From NCBI RefSeq assembly GCF_009834535.1, contig NC_045696.1:44394001-44458000 (forward strand): a DNA stretch of 64,000 nucleotides, given 5' to 3'. Position numbers and translations under genes: made by a program. This DNA is from Camelus ferus (lineage: Eukaryota). This document shows positions 50,655 to 63,905 of the stretch, one piece after another (position 1 is the first letter of the stretch; each line of letters starts with the position of its first letter). The notes under the pieces were generated by a model. It did not search any database and was not told where the DNA came from. It saw only the letters and a list, made by a program, of their open reading frames with translations.

Positions 50655-52955
50655 ACAATAGAATAAAGGAGAAAACTACATGATAATCTCAATCAATGCA
50701 GAAAAATTATTGACAAATTCAACATTCATTAACGAAAAGCTTAAAAAAAAAAGGTCACAGTTGACTAGAAATAGAAGCGAACTTCTTTGACCTGATAAAT
50801 GCCATCTGTGTAAAACTTACAGTTAACATCATAATTAATGACAATATATTGCATGCTTTTCCCTAAAATAGGAAACAAGGTAAAAATATTAACTTCACTT
50901 ATTATTTTTATACTTATTATATTTACTATTTATTTTTATCATTTAATAGGAAGAGGTAAAACAGCCTTTACTAAAACACCCTTTACTAACAGGTAACTTC
51001 ATCATTCAGCAGAAAATCATAAGAAATCAACAAAATATTAGTAGAACTAATGATTTAATATGGCAAGGATGACAGATGTAAAGTCAATACAGAAAATTCA
51101 TTTGTATGTCTATATAATACCAGCAAAATATCAAAAAGTAAAATTAAATTTAAAACAGTATAATTTACAATAAAGACAGAAATACTTAGGAATAAATTTA
51201 ATAATAATGTGTAACAATTTTATACCAAATGAAAACTAACACATCTAATACAGTTAAAAGAAGACCTAAATAAATGTAGATATTAATCAGGGTATGAAGC
51301 AAAAGATTCAGTATTATTAAACTGTGAATTCTCCTATTCTCTTCCAAATGATATTTGCAATCCTAAAAATAGGCCATCACTTTTTTGTTTGTTTGTTTGT
51401 TTTAGAAAAAGTGATAGTCATAGTTATAAAATTGAAGGATTCATTCTACTTTAAAGTCTTGCTAATAATCTATGAGCAATCAAGACAGTATGCAACTGTT
51501 ATAACTGGCGCAAGACAAACAAACAGATCAGTGGGACAAAGCAGAGATTACAGAAACAGGTTCACATAGGCACCAAATTATTCTGTGGAAAAATAAAAGT
51601 ATTTCTCAATACAATACTTTTAATACCTTTAAAAACTTTTGGAATAAAATTAAGTTGAACTTTTACTTTATTCCATACACCAAAATTAAATTAATAGGAA
51701 TCATAGACCTAAACTTAAAAGCAAAAACTATTAAGTACAAAAGAACACAAGATAATATATTAGGTGTCTAATGCAGGCAAGAGATGTGATAAGTAAACAT
51801 TTCTTAGAGCACAAAGAGATAATAATGATAAACTGGATTTCATCAAAATTAAAAGCCTCCTTCAAAAATCATCATTAAGAAAATAAGTAATCAAGGAACT
51901 GGGGAAAATACATGTCCAAGGACTTGTACTAGAATATATAAAGAACTCTTACAAATCAGTATCAAAAATATAAAGAAGCAAGAATAACTTATAAGACATT
52001 TAAACAGAAACTTCATAAAAGAAAATAATGAAAATAATTTTAAAAACGTATATAAAAATACTCAACATCATTAATCAAAGGGAAATAAAAATCATTAGGG
52101 ATCAGAGAAATGTAAATTAAAACCAGGGAGATTTATTGAATAGAATGGAAAAAATAAGACTGACAACAGCAAATGATGAAGATAAACAGTGAAAAATTAT
52201 ACAACCCCTTCGAAATATTATTTAATATTTTCTTATGGAGTTAAACATAAACCTAACTTATGACACAGGAATTTCACTCTCTATCAAACAGAAACTAAAA
52301 ATATATCCATAAAATACATATATAAGAATGTTTATAGCAGTTTTATGTATGATCTACAGTAATCAAGACAGTGGAATTAGTGTAAGCATAGACAAATAAT
52401 TCAATGACTAGTCAACTGATTATCTAAAAGACAAGGTTATTCACTGGGGAAAGACTTTTCAATAGTGTTGAAACAACTTGATAAATATATTCATAATAGC
52501 TTATACCTGAAAAGAATTCAAATTCCTACATAAAGAAGACAGATAAATAAACTGTCATATACAGTGGAACACTACTTATCAATTAAAAAAAAAGAATTGT
52601 TGTTACATGTAAGAGCATGAAGGATTCTTGAGATCATTATTTTAAGTAAAAGAAACTATGAACAAAAGACAAGATATTGTTTGGCATTATTTATATGAAA
52701 TACAAAAACAGGCAAAACAAATCCATCATGCTAGAAATGAAAATAATTGCCTAGAAGGGCACGGAGGTGAGGACTGACTGGAAAGGCACAAAAGAAAAAT
52801 ACTTGGACTCCTGGAAATAATCTATGTCTCAATTAAGATGTTGGTTACATGGATATATGTTCATCAAAGCTCTGAATTATCCATTTAAGATCTTTGCATT
52901 TTACCGTGTGTAGATATTCTTTCTCGATGAAATGGAAAAATAAATAAATAAAAAT
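50655..52955 (+). mobile_element. Ancient L1 (L1ME/MC-like) ORF2 remnants and 3' UTR
   Basis: ATGATAATCTCAATCAATGCAGAAAAA..TTGACAAATTCAACA (ISIDAEKAFDKIQH-like RT motif), AAAGAAGACCTAAATAAATG, and terminal TTTGCATTTTACCGTGTGTA with A-rich tail. Confidence 0.85.
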
Positions 52956-52959
52956 TATT

Positions 52960-53775
52960 CTAACTCTGGGAAGTGAATTATAACAACAGAAAAATTTCAG
53001 ATTATACCAAAGCAGTCATTAAATGAAAGAGAGGCATTTCAAATAGAAATAATAAATAGATTTCAGAATTGCTACAAATGATCTAAGCAATGAAAAAATG
53101 AATCATTGGAAAATAATTTGAATTTCTTGCTGACTTGACATGAAAACATATTAATGAAGGTAACATCATATGCGCTGTCAAGGGCATCAATGACAGTGAT
53201 GACAGAGTGGTTTATGAATGCTATGAATTCAGAGAGTACTTAAGATTAGCCATTGCACAAAAGAAACTTTAAATTCTCTCTTCACACTTGAGACGTTCAA
53301 AGAGGCTTTCTCAAATTTGACAACAATCTTGAAATATTGCATAACATTATCAGAAATGAATTATAAAGCAGAAAGACACTTTTCTAAACTATCAATAACA
53401 AAGAAGAATTTCATATCAACCTTGCTAGAGGAAAGACTTAATTATCTTTCTATTCTTTGTAGAAGATGATATTACAAAATATTTATCATATGAAAAAGCA
53501 ATCAAAGAATATGCTGCCAGAAATGTAGGAAAAATAATTATAGATGTCTGTCAGGAATTTCATTCATGAATATATTAGAATGTTATTCTGGATTTTGTTA
53601 TGATTGTGGTATATCTTAGCATTTTATAATTTGTAACTTGTTATGATTTCTCATTCTAAATACTCCCTTCACTCTCCCATCCAAATTTATTGTCATAATT
53701 TCATAATCTTTTTTCTCAAGGAGGACAGCAAAATAATACGAGATTCAGTTTCCATGAAACCTGGCTCCAGTCCTC
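52960..53775 (+). mobile_element. Zaphod/MER115-like hAT-Tip100 transposon 3' part with transposase dimerisation-domain remnant
   Basis: 53299-53469 translates KEAFSNLTTILKYCITLSEMNYKAERHFSKLSITKKNFISTLLEERLNYLSILCRR*, matching the hAT C-terminal pattern FPNL...ERxFSKL..IK...RST..EERLNxLSIL. The terminus read in reverse (GGAGCCAGGTTTCATGG...TTTAGAATGAGAAATCATAACAA) resembles MER115. Confidence 0.88.
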
Positions 53776-54499
53776 CTTCAACTGCTCTCAGGAGTCAAAT
53801 CTTATAGATGTTAACAATGTCCCATTCTTACCTTCCTAGGATACTGCACCACCTTGTTATGTTGTTCCCACCCTCAGCCTCACCCCTACCAGCTACTCTT
53901 CACCACTTCCCACCTGCCTTCATAAGTCAAGCCCATTTGAAACACTTGAACCTATAATTCAAATAAGAACTTATGGTTTCATTATCAGCTCTTTTTCCTC
54001 CAAAAACAATCGAGATTATACGTTGTTAACAATTTGTCAATCACCTCTGAGGTTGTTTATATTATTGTCTCTAAATCTCTGTAAGAAAGACTTCTTTTTA
54101 TAGAAAAAACTCACAACACATAATAGATATCACCAGCTAATCCATAACTATTTAATCCTTTTATGGCTGAATAAATACTACAATACAAATAATGACAATA
54201 AGATTTTATAATATAACACTCGAGTCCAAAGAGAGAAGGGTGAAAAGTGCAAAGGTCTATTCTAAAGTTTTTTCTACTTTTTCTTCTGGATCTTACTAAA
54301 TTTACAATGGGCAGCAAATAGTTATGATTTGCCAGATGATATTCTTGCCAGTGAGTAAATAGAAGATTTAATCACTATTGCTTTGACTTGGCTGACAAAA
54401 TAGTTTAAAAGTGAAGGACTGGATTATTATGCAATTATTTTAAATGATGTTTACATTAAAAAATTATAATGACAAAAATATCCAATATGAACTTAAAAG

Positions 54500-55035
54500 A
54501 TGGATACAAAATGGATTGTAAAGTATAATACTAGTGTTTATTTTTAAAATAGTCTGTATAAGTATGTGAAAGTCTAGAAGGAAATAGAAAATGTTAGGCG
54601 TGAAAGATACCTCTGGGTGGTGTGACTGCTGAGTTTCTTTAAGTTTGTCCATAGTTACCATGCTTCTATATGTTTCATTTTGTAGTAAAGATGTTTTTTA
54701 AAAATAAAAGTTTTAAAAAAGGCTTAATGACCTGGGAATTATTCACAATATAATAGAGAAAAAATAGGCTAAAAAATACTATATATACACTATGATCCCA
54801 GGATACAAGTATATGAGTATGTATGTAAAAGTACCTGTATATACAAATGCATTTTACTTAAATGTTTTAAAATGTATACAGACCGACACTCATATTTCCT
54901 GGGAAAAGATCAGAAGGCAGCACAGCAGATAGTTAATAGGAGTTCTTACTGGGAATTAAGCATACGGGCGATTTTTACTTTCTTTTTTATACTTTTTATG
55001 TTTAATTTTTTCTAAAATTAATATATACTACTTTT
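54500..55035 (+). mobile_element. L1ME-like 3' UTR fragments
   Basis: AAAGTCTAGAAGGAAATAGAAAATGTTAG...TACCTCTGGGTGG and GGGCGATTTTTACTTTCTTTTTTATACTTT motifs. Confidence 0.55.
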
Positions 55036-58000
55036 TAAATGAAGGAGCAAGAAGACAGAAGGCAAAAAAAAAGTTATCAGAAAACAATTTCTCTTTTGTT
55101 TTATAACAATAATTGTTCCTAGTAATACTCTATAAAGCTAAACCTTTCCTACCTCAAGATGGGTTTTCTCCAAATTTGAGACAAATCTCCCCACCTCATT
55201 CAGAGAGTGGGAAAAACAAACCTCAAGCATAAAGAGTTTTCAACCAAATATGGATGAGCACACTGGAGAAAAATTAGGGGAGTATGAGGAAGTAAAAAAC
55301 ACAGCAGAACAAACCAAATGACCAAATAGACAAGCAAAGATATTTGTAAAGATTTGTAATTAGGTCAGCAAGCTCAGGAATGATGGTTTGACTTTGAGAT
55401 ATTGTAGAAGGCACCCGAGGGACTCCAATACGCACACAATCTGAACAAAGACATTGCAAGTATTATCAGCTCAGCCAATCAGATCAACCAAAACAGAAGC
55501 ACATACACATGTAAACACATGCGCATATGCATAAACACATACATACACACAGGGCTGTGAATCATGAGTCCAGCCCTTAAAGCATGGATGAGCTAGAACA
55601 CAGATCTGACAAATGATTACCAACTATTTAAAGGGGCAATGGGTTGGGAAGGTGGGGGTGGTGTCAGGTATTCCTGGTAAATTAAACTCACACAGAGAAT
55701 GTTTAGTAATAATGATGCTCATCCTTATATAAAGATATTAATTCTTTAAATTGTTTGCCTTCTAATTTCCCCTGGACCATGCATCTTATTGAGTTATTCA
55801 CAAATATCTCTGTTCAAATTTGATAAATACAAATTGGTATGGTTTGCCAAAGAAATACTTGACCCTGACAGATTTTTAAGAACCTTCATTAGCACATCAG
55901 TGTCCAAGTAAAAATCAATTCTGCCTGATTAAATTCAACTGCAGCTCAACCTATCCTATGTGTAGAGATATCGGGGTAAAGGTGGTTTTATATACCTATA
56001 AACAACCACAATCAGTTGAAGACTACAGCATCCTAAAAACAAAGCAGAAAAAACCAAGGGGAACCTGTGTCAATATCTTCTGAATAGTACTTTTAACATT
56101 TACTAACCTCTGTGTACTTTGCATGTTATTGGTACAGAAGTATTTATTTCATCTACCTGGACTGAAGACCCAAGGTTATGTATTATGAAAATACCAAAAG
56201 GTTACAAGAAAGGTTTTCAGCAGCACTTCACTTCATCTTTGAATTAGGATGGTTCTCTGGTACGGGACCCCAGGGACCAATCACACATTCCCTCTCAGGG
56301 GATGCTCCCATCAGCAGTACTGTGAGGCTGGGCACCAGTCCATGGGAAAACCAGAAACTGGACCAAACTCACCACTGAACTTTCAGAGGGTAATAACTTC
56401 CATGCATTTCTACCCTACCTATGTTTGAACCAGTGATTCACCTCTGAAAAGCCATTTTTAAAAATCACAATAACCATTTAACCATTCACAAAACAAAAGC
56501 CTAATCTCTTTTTAAATCTGCTGTTTACACCAATATAATGATTATTTCAAGTAAGTATGAAAGATCTAATCCAAGGGGGGAAAATGGTCCACATATGGGT
56601 TGACTGCAATTGCTTTTTGTTTTTTTCCAAAACATATTACCTCATGTAGCATAATCTCTGTCTGCAAATTGAGGAGATGGAAGCAATGAGATGGGATTAG
56701 AAAAAGACATGTAATCAGTATGGCAAATAATATTTACTACAAGGATAAAATCAAGAGGGCAGGCAGGTGTTAAAACGAACCATTATCTAGTATAGTAAGT
56801 TACTTAAACACCTTTGTGATTTTTAGAAGGAGCAATACCATCTTAATTCTATTTTAAAAAGTGAGGTTTTGGCTACCGTTGAAACTAAAAATTCTAACTT
56901 CAAGTCCTTGAAACTTAAACTTAGAAGTCTGGTATTAAAAAAAAGAAATAACTCTCCTACAAAAAGATATTTGTATATGCAAATACTTGGTAATTAATAA
57001 TTTTTGGAACTGTTTTAAAGATTATTGTTTTATTCCACATATTGTTCCAAAGGTTGTTGCTTTATCTTAAGCATGGGTTAAGTCTTGAAAAAAGGATTAA
57101 AAAAGTCTCAATATTTAGTATTGTTATGAAATTTTTGCAAATTGCTATCCAAGGAGTACAAGCAAATAATGATAATATCTACCACTAACTGAGTGGCTAA
57201 TGTTTTATTAATTTTACTAACTTCATACCTAGGTATGTTTCAAGGCAAGTCTTATTTTCAAGACAGGTATTATTTGCTTAATTTTATAAACTATAACCAA
57301 TAAACCTACAGTAAGACATAAAGTCAATTTCATCATGAGATTTCTTTTTTGCATTTTCTTTTTTCTTCTCTTTGTAAAAGCCGAGCAAACCGCCTCATAC
57401 AGGATGCAAATAATGGAACAAATATCATTCCAGTGTTTTTTTAGATTCTCCTTATCTGATTCAAATAAGAGGTCAAGTATGAAAGATCTCCCATAGGTTC
57501 CTGTACACCTTCATGCTGTTCTTCCAGATGATAATGAACTATGGCATTAAGACTTAACTCATTCATTCATTCAAAATACAGCTCTCAAAATTCATCAAAT
57601 TGTACATCTGAAATATGTGTAGTTTCCTGTACAGAAATTATACCACAATAAAGTTGTTTTTTAAAAAAATTTCATCTATCCATTCATTCATTAATTCAAT
57701 TCAGTAGGGAAATAGCCATAGTCAGTGCATTTGAGGTTCTTGTCCTCATGGAGTTTACAGCTTAATGGAGGATACAGAGGAGTGAATGCTGGTACAGCAC
57801 AATAAGCCCTGTGGTAAGAGAACTTGAGATTTGAGCAACGGGAGAGACTCCCCAGAGGAACCAGACTTGAAGATGAGTGGATTTAGTCATGTATGCTTGG
57901 CAGAAAAAAAGAGAAAGAGTACTGCCCACTCCAGGCTCAGCAGTCAGGCATAACTTAGCTCAATCAACTTTTAAAGTATCGAAAAACTCTGCTGCCCTTT

Positions 58001-58669
58001 ACCTACTCATTTGGTGGTCCTAATCAATAGACAATCAATAGACAATTTGGTAATCTTATTAATGCAACTGAATGGTCCTCCAGAGAGCATCCAAATTTAC
58101 ACAGAGGAAATGTTTTAATATCGGAATCTCCAAAATGTAAAAGAGCAGGTGAAAATGTGAGTGCTCCGGGGCTTCGAGCCTATTCATATTTGCTCTTCAC
58201 CCTCATTTTACCAGAAGTAGGCGAGAGCTACATAATGCCCTGCTTCATAAAGTTGCTCATCCCTGATAGAGATATTATACCAATATCATTCTCTAGATAA
58301 GGATGTGCACAGGGTCAAGAATAATAGAAGCATAAAGTCAGGATGGATTTTAATTCCTGGTCCTCGAGAATTCCATTAAGCTATATGGTTTCCCACAACC
58401 ATGATTCTACCAATCAATTACACTAATAGTCTAAAGGAAACAATCAAACCACAACATTAAAGGAACAAGTAAGTGTTTCTGCTTAAGGGAATGAAATGAG
58501 CAACTTTAAAAACAGAAACTACTATATACGAAAGTAAGGGTTTCATAGAGATTTGGTGATATTGCCTAAATATGAAAATATTAAATTTATCCTCAAATAA
58601 TAACATAGCAGCTGCTTAATAAACTTAACAAATAAAAAGATGGGTAAATGGAAAGATTAATAATGTATT

Positions 58670-59324
58670 TATTTATTTGTTTATTTATTTAACATCTGTT
58701 GAATACCATATTTCAAGTACTGTTTCACATATCAGCCAATCCTCTAAAGTGTCTGCCCCCAGGAAAATGAGCTCTGTGGCCTGTGAGAAGTATGAAGGGG
58801 GCCAGTGTGCCCGGAATATGCTGGAGAAAATAATACAGGATGAGCTTGGAAACATAGGTACCAAATTATGTGTCATCTTATAAAGCCAAGGTTCTCATTT
58901 TAATGGTTGAACACTAACAAAGTGTAATTTATGTTTTTAAAAAAAACACTCAGCTCATTGTCAGGTTTGCAGCTGGCAAGAATGTAAAGAAGACGACGAG
59001 TCATGGGTCTTGCCAGTAGGTGGTATTGGTAGCTTAGACTATGGTGACATCAGAGGAAGAAGAAAAGAGAACAGATTCGAACTAGGTTTATAGGTTTGAA
59101 AGCGGTACTAACTGATGAACAGCATGTGAAAGATAAAGAGAAGACAAACCAAGCGGCTGAGTAACTGATTAGATGATGGTATGATTTACTGAGCTCAGAA
59201 AGACAGAGCACAGCATATTTGGAAAGGTCAAGAATTCCATTTTTACCCATTTTAATTCTGAAATACCTGTTAAACATCTGAGATGAGGCAGTTGGATATA
59301 TAATCTGGAGATGCTAACTGGAGA

Positions 59325-59390
<66 letters not shown>

Positions 59391-60010
59391 TTATAGGGGT
59401 GGGAGGGGAGAGAATGAACAGAGATTAGAGAGACATGGTTTTAGATGCATTCCAACATTTAAAGTTTTGGCAGAGGAGAGGGAGTCAGCAGATTAAGACA
59501 CAAGTAGCCAACAAGGTGGATGAATCTTGAGGCGAGTGAGAATTCACAGAAACTAAGAATTTCAAGAAGAAAGGAGCCGTCAACTATGTTGAATGCTGCT
59601 GAAAGGTCAAGTATGATGGAGATTAGATAAGCGAGCACTGAATTTGGCATTAAGGGGTCATCTGCTAATTTAATAAGCCGATCCAGTGGTGGTGTACAGA
59701 CAGTACCTGGAATGAAGTGGGAAGATGAGTGAATGTGAAGTGAAGACAGGGAGGTAGTGATTGTGTACAACTCCAGAGTTTTTGCTGCAAAAGAGAGCAG
59801 AGAAACGAACAGGCAGCTAAGGCAGGGTTGTAAGGTTAAGAGATTTTCTTGTTTTGAATGTGATTGTTGTTATTTGCATATGCTAAAATTAACTGGGCAT
59901 GGTACTAAAGCATATTTGTATGAATCATACAGGAGAGGTGGAAAATGTGAAGACTTCATGGTTCAGGCGAGAGAAAGGATTAATGCAAGGGCAAGGTCCC
60001 TGAAAAGGAC
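58670..60010 (-). mobile_element. L2 element, antisense, with reverse-transcriptase remnant
   Basis: ORF 59459-59770 (-) contains IILDLSAAFNIVDGSFLLEILS (L2 RT LLDLSAAFDTVDH motif); 3' end TTTATTTAACATCTGTTGAATACC. Confidence 0.85.
59325..59390. repeat. (ATCT)16 tetranucleotide microsatellite
   Basis: Direct reading; perfect array inside the L2. Confidence 0.97.
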
Positions 60011-60019
60011 AAAAGTAAA

Positions 60020-60150
60020 GGTGAAAATGAATATAGGTATTTATATGCATGACTGGGACACTATGCTGTACACCAGAAGTTGACACCTTATAACTGACTA
60101 TACTTCAATAAAATAAAATAATTTAATTTAATCTTAATTAAAAAAAATTA
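60020..60150 (+). mobile_element. Very short camelid-type L1 3' end
   Basis: GAAAATGAATATAGGTATTTATATGCATGACTGGGACACTATGCTGTACACCAGAAGTTGACACC..TAACTGACTATACTTCAATAAAA; possible TSD AAAAGTAAAGG / AAAATTAAAGG. Confidence 0.85.
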
Positions 60151-60257
60151 AAGGGTGCAGGATGCAAGGGGGTAGGTGGCAGGACTGTCCTCACAACTTT
60201 CAAGTCCAGTGAGCTGAAGGGCACGGGGTGAGGTGAAGCGGGGATATCTTGGGTCGG

Positions 60258-61338
60258 CAGGGCTTGACTCATAAACTGCAGTGGCCAAGTGCAAAACGAA
60301 AATGCAAGGACCCTGATTGCCAAGGCAGGAAAGAAAAGTACCAAAAGTGCTAAATATAAACTCTCCTTTTCTTCTGCTGTCTCTCTCTTTCAACTTGCTG
60401 GTATATATTTTTCTTTGTCATATAATGTTGCTCTAAGTAAAGAAAAATTAAAATATTAAATTATTAGCATGCATTTAACCATTTATTTTTATATTATACA
60501 ATACCAGTTTGAATCATAAATATAAAAGCACTAACTCATTTTGAGAATTATCAAAAGTATACCGTTTGTATTCCACAACTAATCCCCAGAGTGTGCCTCA
60601 AAATGACTAGAAAAAGCAATGAAAACTAGACTCAGGAAGGTTGGAAGGCAGAAAAGAAGGCCCTGCCAGGCATGGAGTCAGCAGGGGGAGTGCTCTGTTG
60701 GGAACTGGGATAATCATGGGGCCACTGCAAACACGTACTTGTACCTGGGGGCCCCTGCTTGTGACTCAGAGAAGGCTGGGCAACTTTTCCTGCCAGCTGC
60801 TGGAATGACGTGCTGCACCCTGACTGGAGGTGGGGGAGGCACCTCTGAAAAAGTCAAGCCAGGTATCTCCTCTGCCCACAGCAGGCAATACGAGGGTTTC
60901 TAAAGTCCTATGCATACGTGAATGCAGCCTCAGTCCTCGGGATGCACCATATCAAGGGTTCGGGGCTTCCTCCTGCCCATACATGGTTTCAGCCTGCTCA
61001 CCCTCTGGATGCCACGTGCCCCAGGCACTGCCCCCAAGAGAGAGCAACAGCCTTGCGCCAGTGGGGAGACTGGGCAGGTTATGGGGTGTCAAAGACAGTA
61101 GAAGACCTACAACCCATTCCCACGAGGCAGGGAGGGGGTAAGAGACAGGTTTATGCACAAACCAAGACTTCAAGGGCCTGGCTGCTGTTCTGTTATCTCA
61201 TAGGCTTTCACTTACAAAATATGAGGTCTAAGGTAACATTATTAAGCAATCACAGACCATTAACCCACAGCGAGGAGTGTAGGTCCTGAGCATAGGGCTT
61301 CGTGTGTTTGCACTAGTGTGTCGTGAAAATGATCCCCC
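60258..61338 (-). mobile_element. hAT-Tip100 non-autonomous element (MER45B/R-like), about 1.08 kb
   Basis: Begins CAGGGCTTGACTCATAAACTGCAGTGGCCAAGTGCAAAACGAAAATGCAAGGACCCTG (reverse of the MER45 3' end). Ends GAGCATAGGGCTTCGTGTGTTTGCAC...GTGAAAATGATCCCC. GC-rich interior; no clear TSD. Confidence 0.7.
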
Positions 61339-61554
61339 TTAGGAGCTGAAAGAGATCACTGGGCCAGGGGCAGGTACGTTGACTTACTCATTGTAAAACC
61401 AAACCCACTAGCACAGCTTAAACGGGAGACATTTCTCCATGAATCTTTCATGTTTTTGCTTATCTTCCACACAGGGTCATCGATTGTCTTTATTTAAAGA
61501 TCATTTTTTTTAAGATTGTTTGGATTGTGAACAGCGTTGAAAGACAGAGATAAC

Positions 61555-61652
61555 ATTTTTTTTAATTCTTATTTTTTTTTTATTGAACTGTAGTTGATTT
61601 ACAGTGTTAGTTTAAGGTGTACAGCAAAGCAATTCAATTATACATATATATT
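61555..61652 (-). mobile_element. Short cetartiodactyl-type L1 3' end, antisense
   Basis: TTTTTTATTGAACTGTAGTTGATTTACAGTGTTAGTTTAAGGTGTACAGCAAAG..ATTCA. Confidence 0.8.
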
Positions 61653-63881
61653 ACCTTCTCTGATCAAGACTTTCCAGAAATAATTGACTTTGCAAAACAC
61701 TCTAAAATCCAGGTCATTGTGCCCCATTAGCAGATATAGTAAGTGGAAGTATACTGTTTGGGGAAAAGAAAAAAAAAAAAAAAAGCAAGCATATGGCTTC
61801 TAAAACCGTGACTCACAAAGTGTGTCTCATTGGATCATAATCAGTAGTACATACATATACATAAAGTCGCTTATGGTAATATAAGTTCAAAGTAATATTG
61901 CTTTACTAAAAGGGTACTAAGATCCTTTAATGACGAATTATGGAAATTTTTTCTTTATACACTTCATCAATAACAACTTTGAGCACATATTCCTAATAGA
62001 AGTGTATGTATTCCCATGTAAATTGAATAATTTACTGTTGTGTTAATGTTATATACATTTTAAAGTACACAACAAAATAAAAAGAAGTTAAAATGTTATA
62101 AAAATAAATATTTAAAAATGTTCTCAACTTTCCTTCCTACCTCCCACTGAGTTATCTCGTGCACCCTCTGACATAGATGTATCCCATTGGAAGAACACTT
62201 TTTAAAATGCATTTGATATACGTTACAAATCTGCAGAGGGAGATATATTATGTACAGAGTCTCTCCAACATATGTAACAATGGAAGCTTCCCTCTCCTCC
62301 CCAGGAATCTTTTATGAGTATTTCTTAGAATGTACCTTAAAAATATTGATTTATTCTCCAGAGGTTGCTGATGGATGACCCAGAGCAGTCTGATTTATTT
62401 TAACTGAGTTTGCATGATTTTATTCAGCAATGTAGTTAGTCTCCAGTTAACCAGATAACAGTACCTCTGTTTGCCGCAGCAGTCTCCTCTACTCACTCAT
62501 TATCTAACAAACATGTAAAGTTCTTTTGGTCTCTTACCAACACTTGGATCGGTTTTAAATACCACATAAAGTTTAGTGGGAAACTTCATGGCTTTTGAGG
62601 AGCATAATTTCTTCAGAATGAACAGATATTTTTGGCCGGGGATAAGTAGGTGATAGCTTGCTTGAATTGGCCCTACCCCAAATCACTGTGCAAAGTAAGA
62701 GAATCGTTAATGCCCTTCCCCGCTATTGATTTAGGTTGCCCTGTGCCAAAAACATGATCCCTAGGTTATCTATGATTTTCACATTCAAGAGGGTTATAGC
62801 TTTAGCCTATGGCCAAGCTTGAGGAAGACAGGTTGTTGGCTGATACCGTAATTAAAGACTAAGAGACATTAACGTGTCGTTTCCCTTTCTTCACCAACCC
62901 CTTGACCTAGAGACAAATTTTTCAACATGAGTTAAAAATTTTTAATTTACTTTGTAGTTATCTTATTGGATTTTAAATCAGCTTAGAAAAGAAAAAAATT
63001 TAACTATTTCTGAAATTCTTGCAATAAGGGTAAATTAAACATTGCAGAGTACAATAACTGAATCATATTAACCCAGTGTCATTTGCATTGCTTCTGTGAT
63101 CCCATGAAAGAAAGAGGAAAAGAGAGAAAGAAATTACATAAACATTAGTTAGTGCCTTCTTTCACTTGAAAGGTTTCCAAATGTTAGCCAGGAAAGGGAA
63201 ACATTTTGCAAGGTTTTGTGCCAACTGGAATTGTATTGACATTCATTCTATCCCCACAGGGAAAGAGTGGATGAGACAGTAATTGATTTCTTCCAAAAGG
63301 AACCATCACCCATGACTAACTGTTCTTATACATCATTAGTCAGACAAAAGAAAGTTTCCTAATGGGATTTTAGATTCTCTTGAATCTAAAAAATATATAT
63401 ATGTATATATATTTCCAGATGTTTTAATAATTAAATTTCAAAATTCTATGATGCATCATGTTTTTGTTAATCTCAACTAACTGATAGAGTCATTTAACAT
63501 GAAATTTAATTAAAAAGTAGAACTAATATTGGACAGAATCAAAATAGAAGGTCTAGTGAATAAGGTATCTAGAATGAAGTATTTTGTCATCGGTCATAAT
63601 AGTGTAATTTAATTACCCTACATAGAAGAATATATTGGAGACAGATTAAAAAAAAATTAAGATATTTAAATGGTTGAGCAATAAACAAAGGGTAAGGTAG
63701 ACATAAAAGTTGTCCATCATAAATGTTTTTAGTTCATATCCAGATTTCTCTCTTGAACCTTTAAGAATAAAGAGGGCCTATTTTGGCACTCTGTAATTTA
63801 TCCTAGCTCTTGAACTGGAAAACTACAACTGAAAGGAATCAGAGCCAGACAGTATGATTACAAACATGCAGTCTCATATTC

Positions 63882-63905
63882 AAAAAAAAAAAAAAAAAAA
63901 AAAAA
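63882..63905. repeat. Poly(A)24 tract
   Basis: Direct reading. Confidence 0.95.

Noticed and set aside
59011..59027. CTCF-like CCAGTAGGTGGTAT
   Set aside because: Mismatch in the GGC core and located in L2; a single weak motif is uninformative.
60619..61289. Cluster of GC-rich 73-123 aa ORFs resembling an exon or CpG island
   Set aside because: Falls inside the MER45B/R-like transposon; CpG is depleted and the peptides are unrecognisable.
63882..63905. Poly(A) as tail of a retrocopy or SINE
   Set aside because: No recognisable upstream element body, poly(A) signal or TSD.
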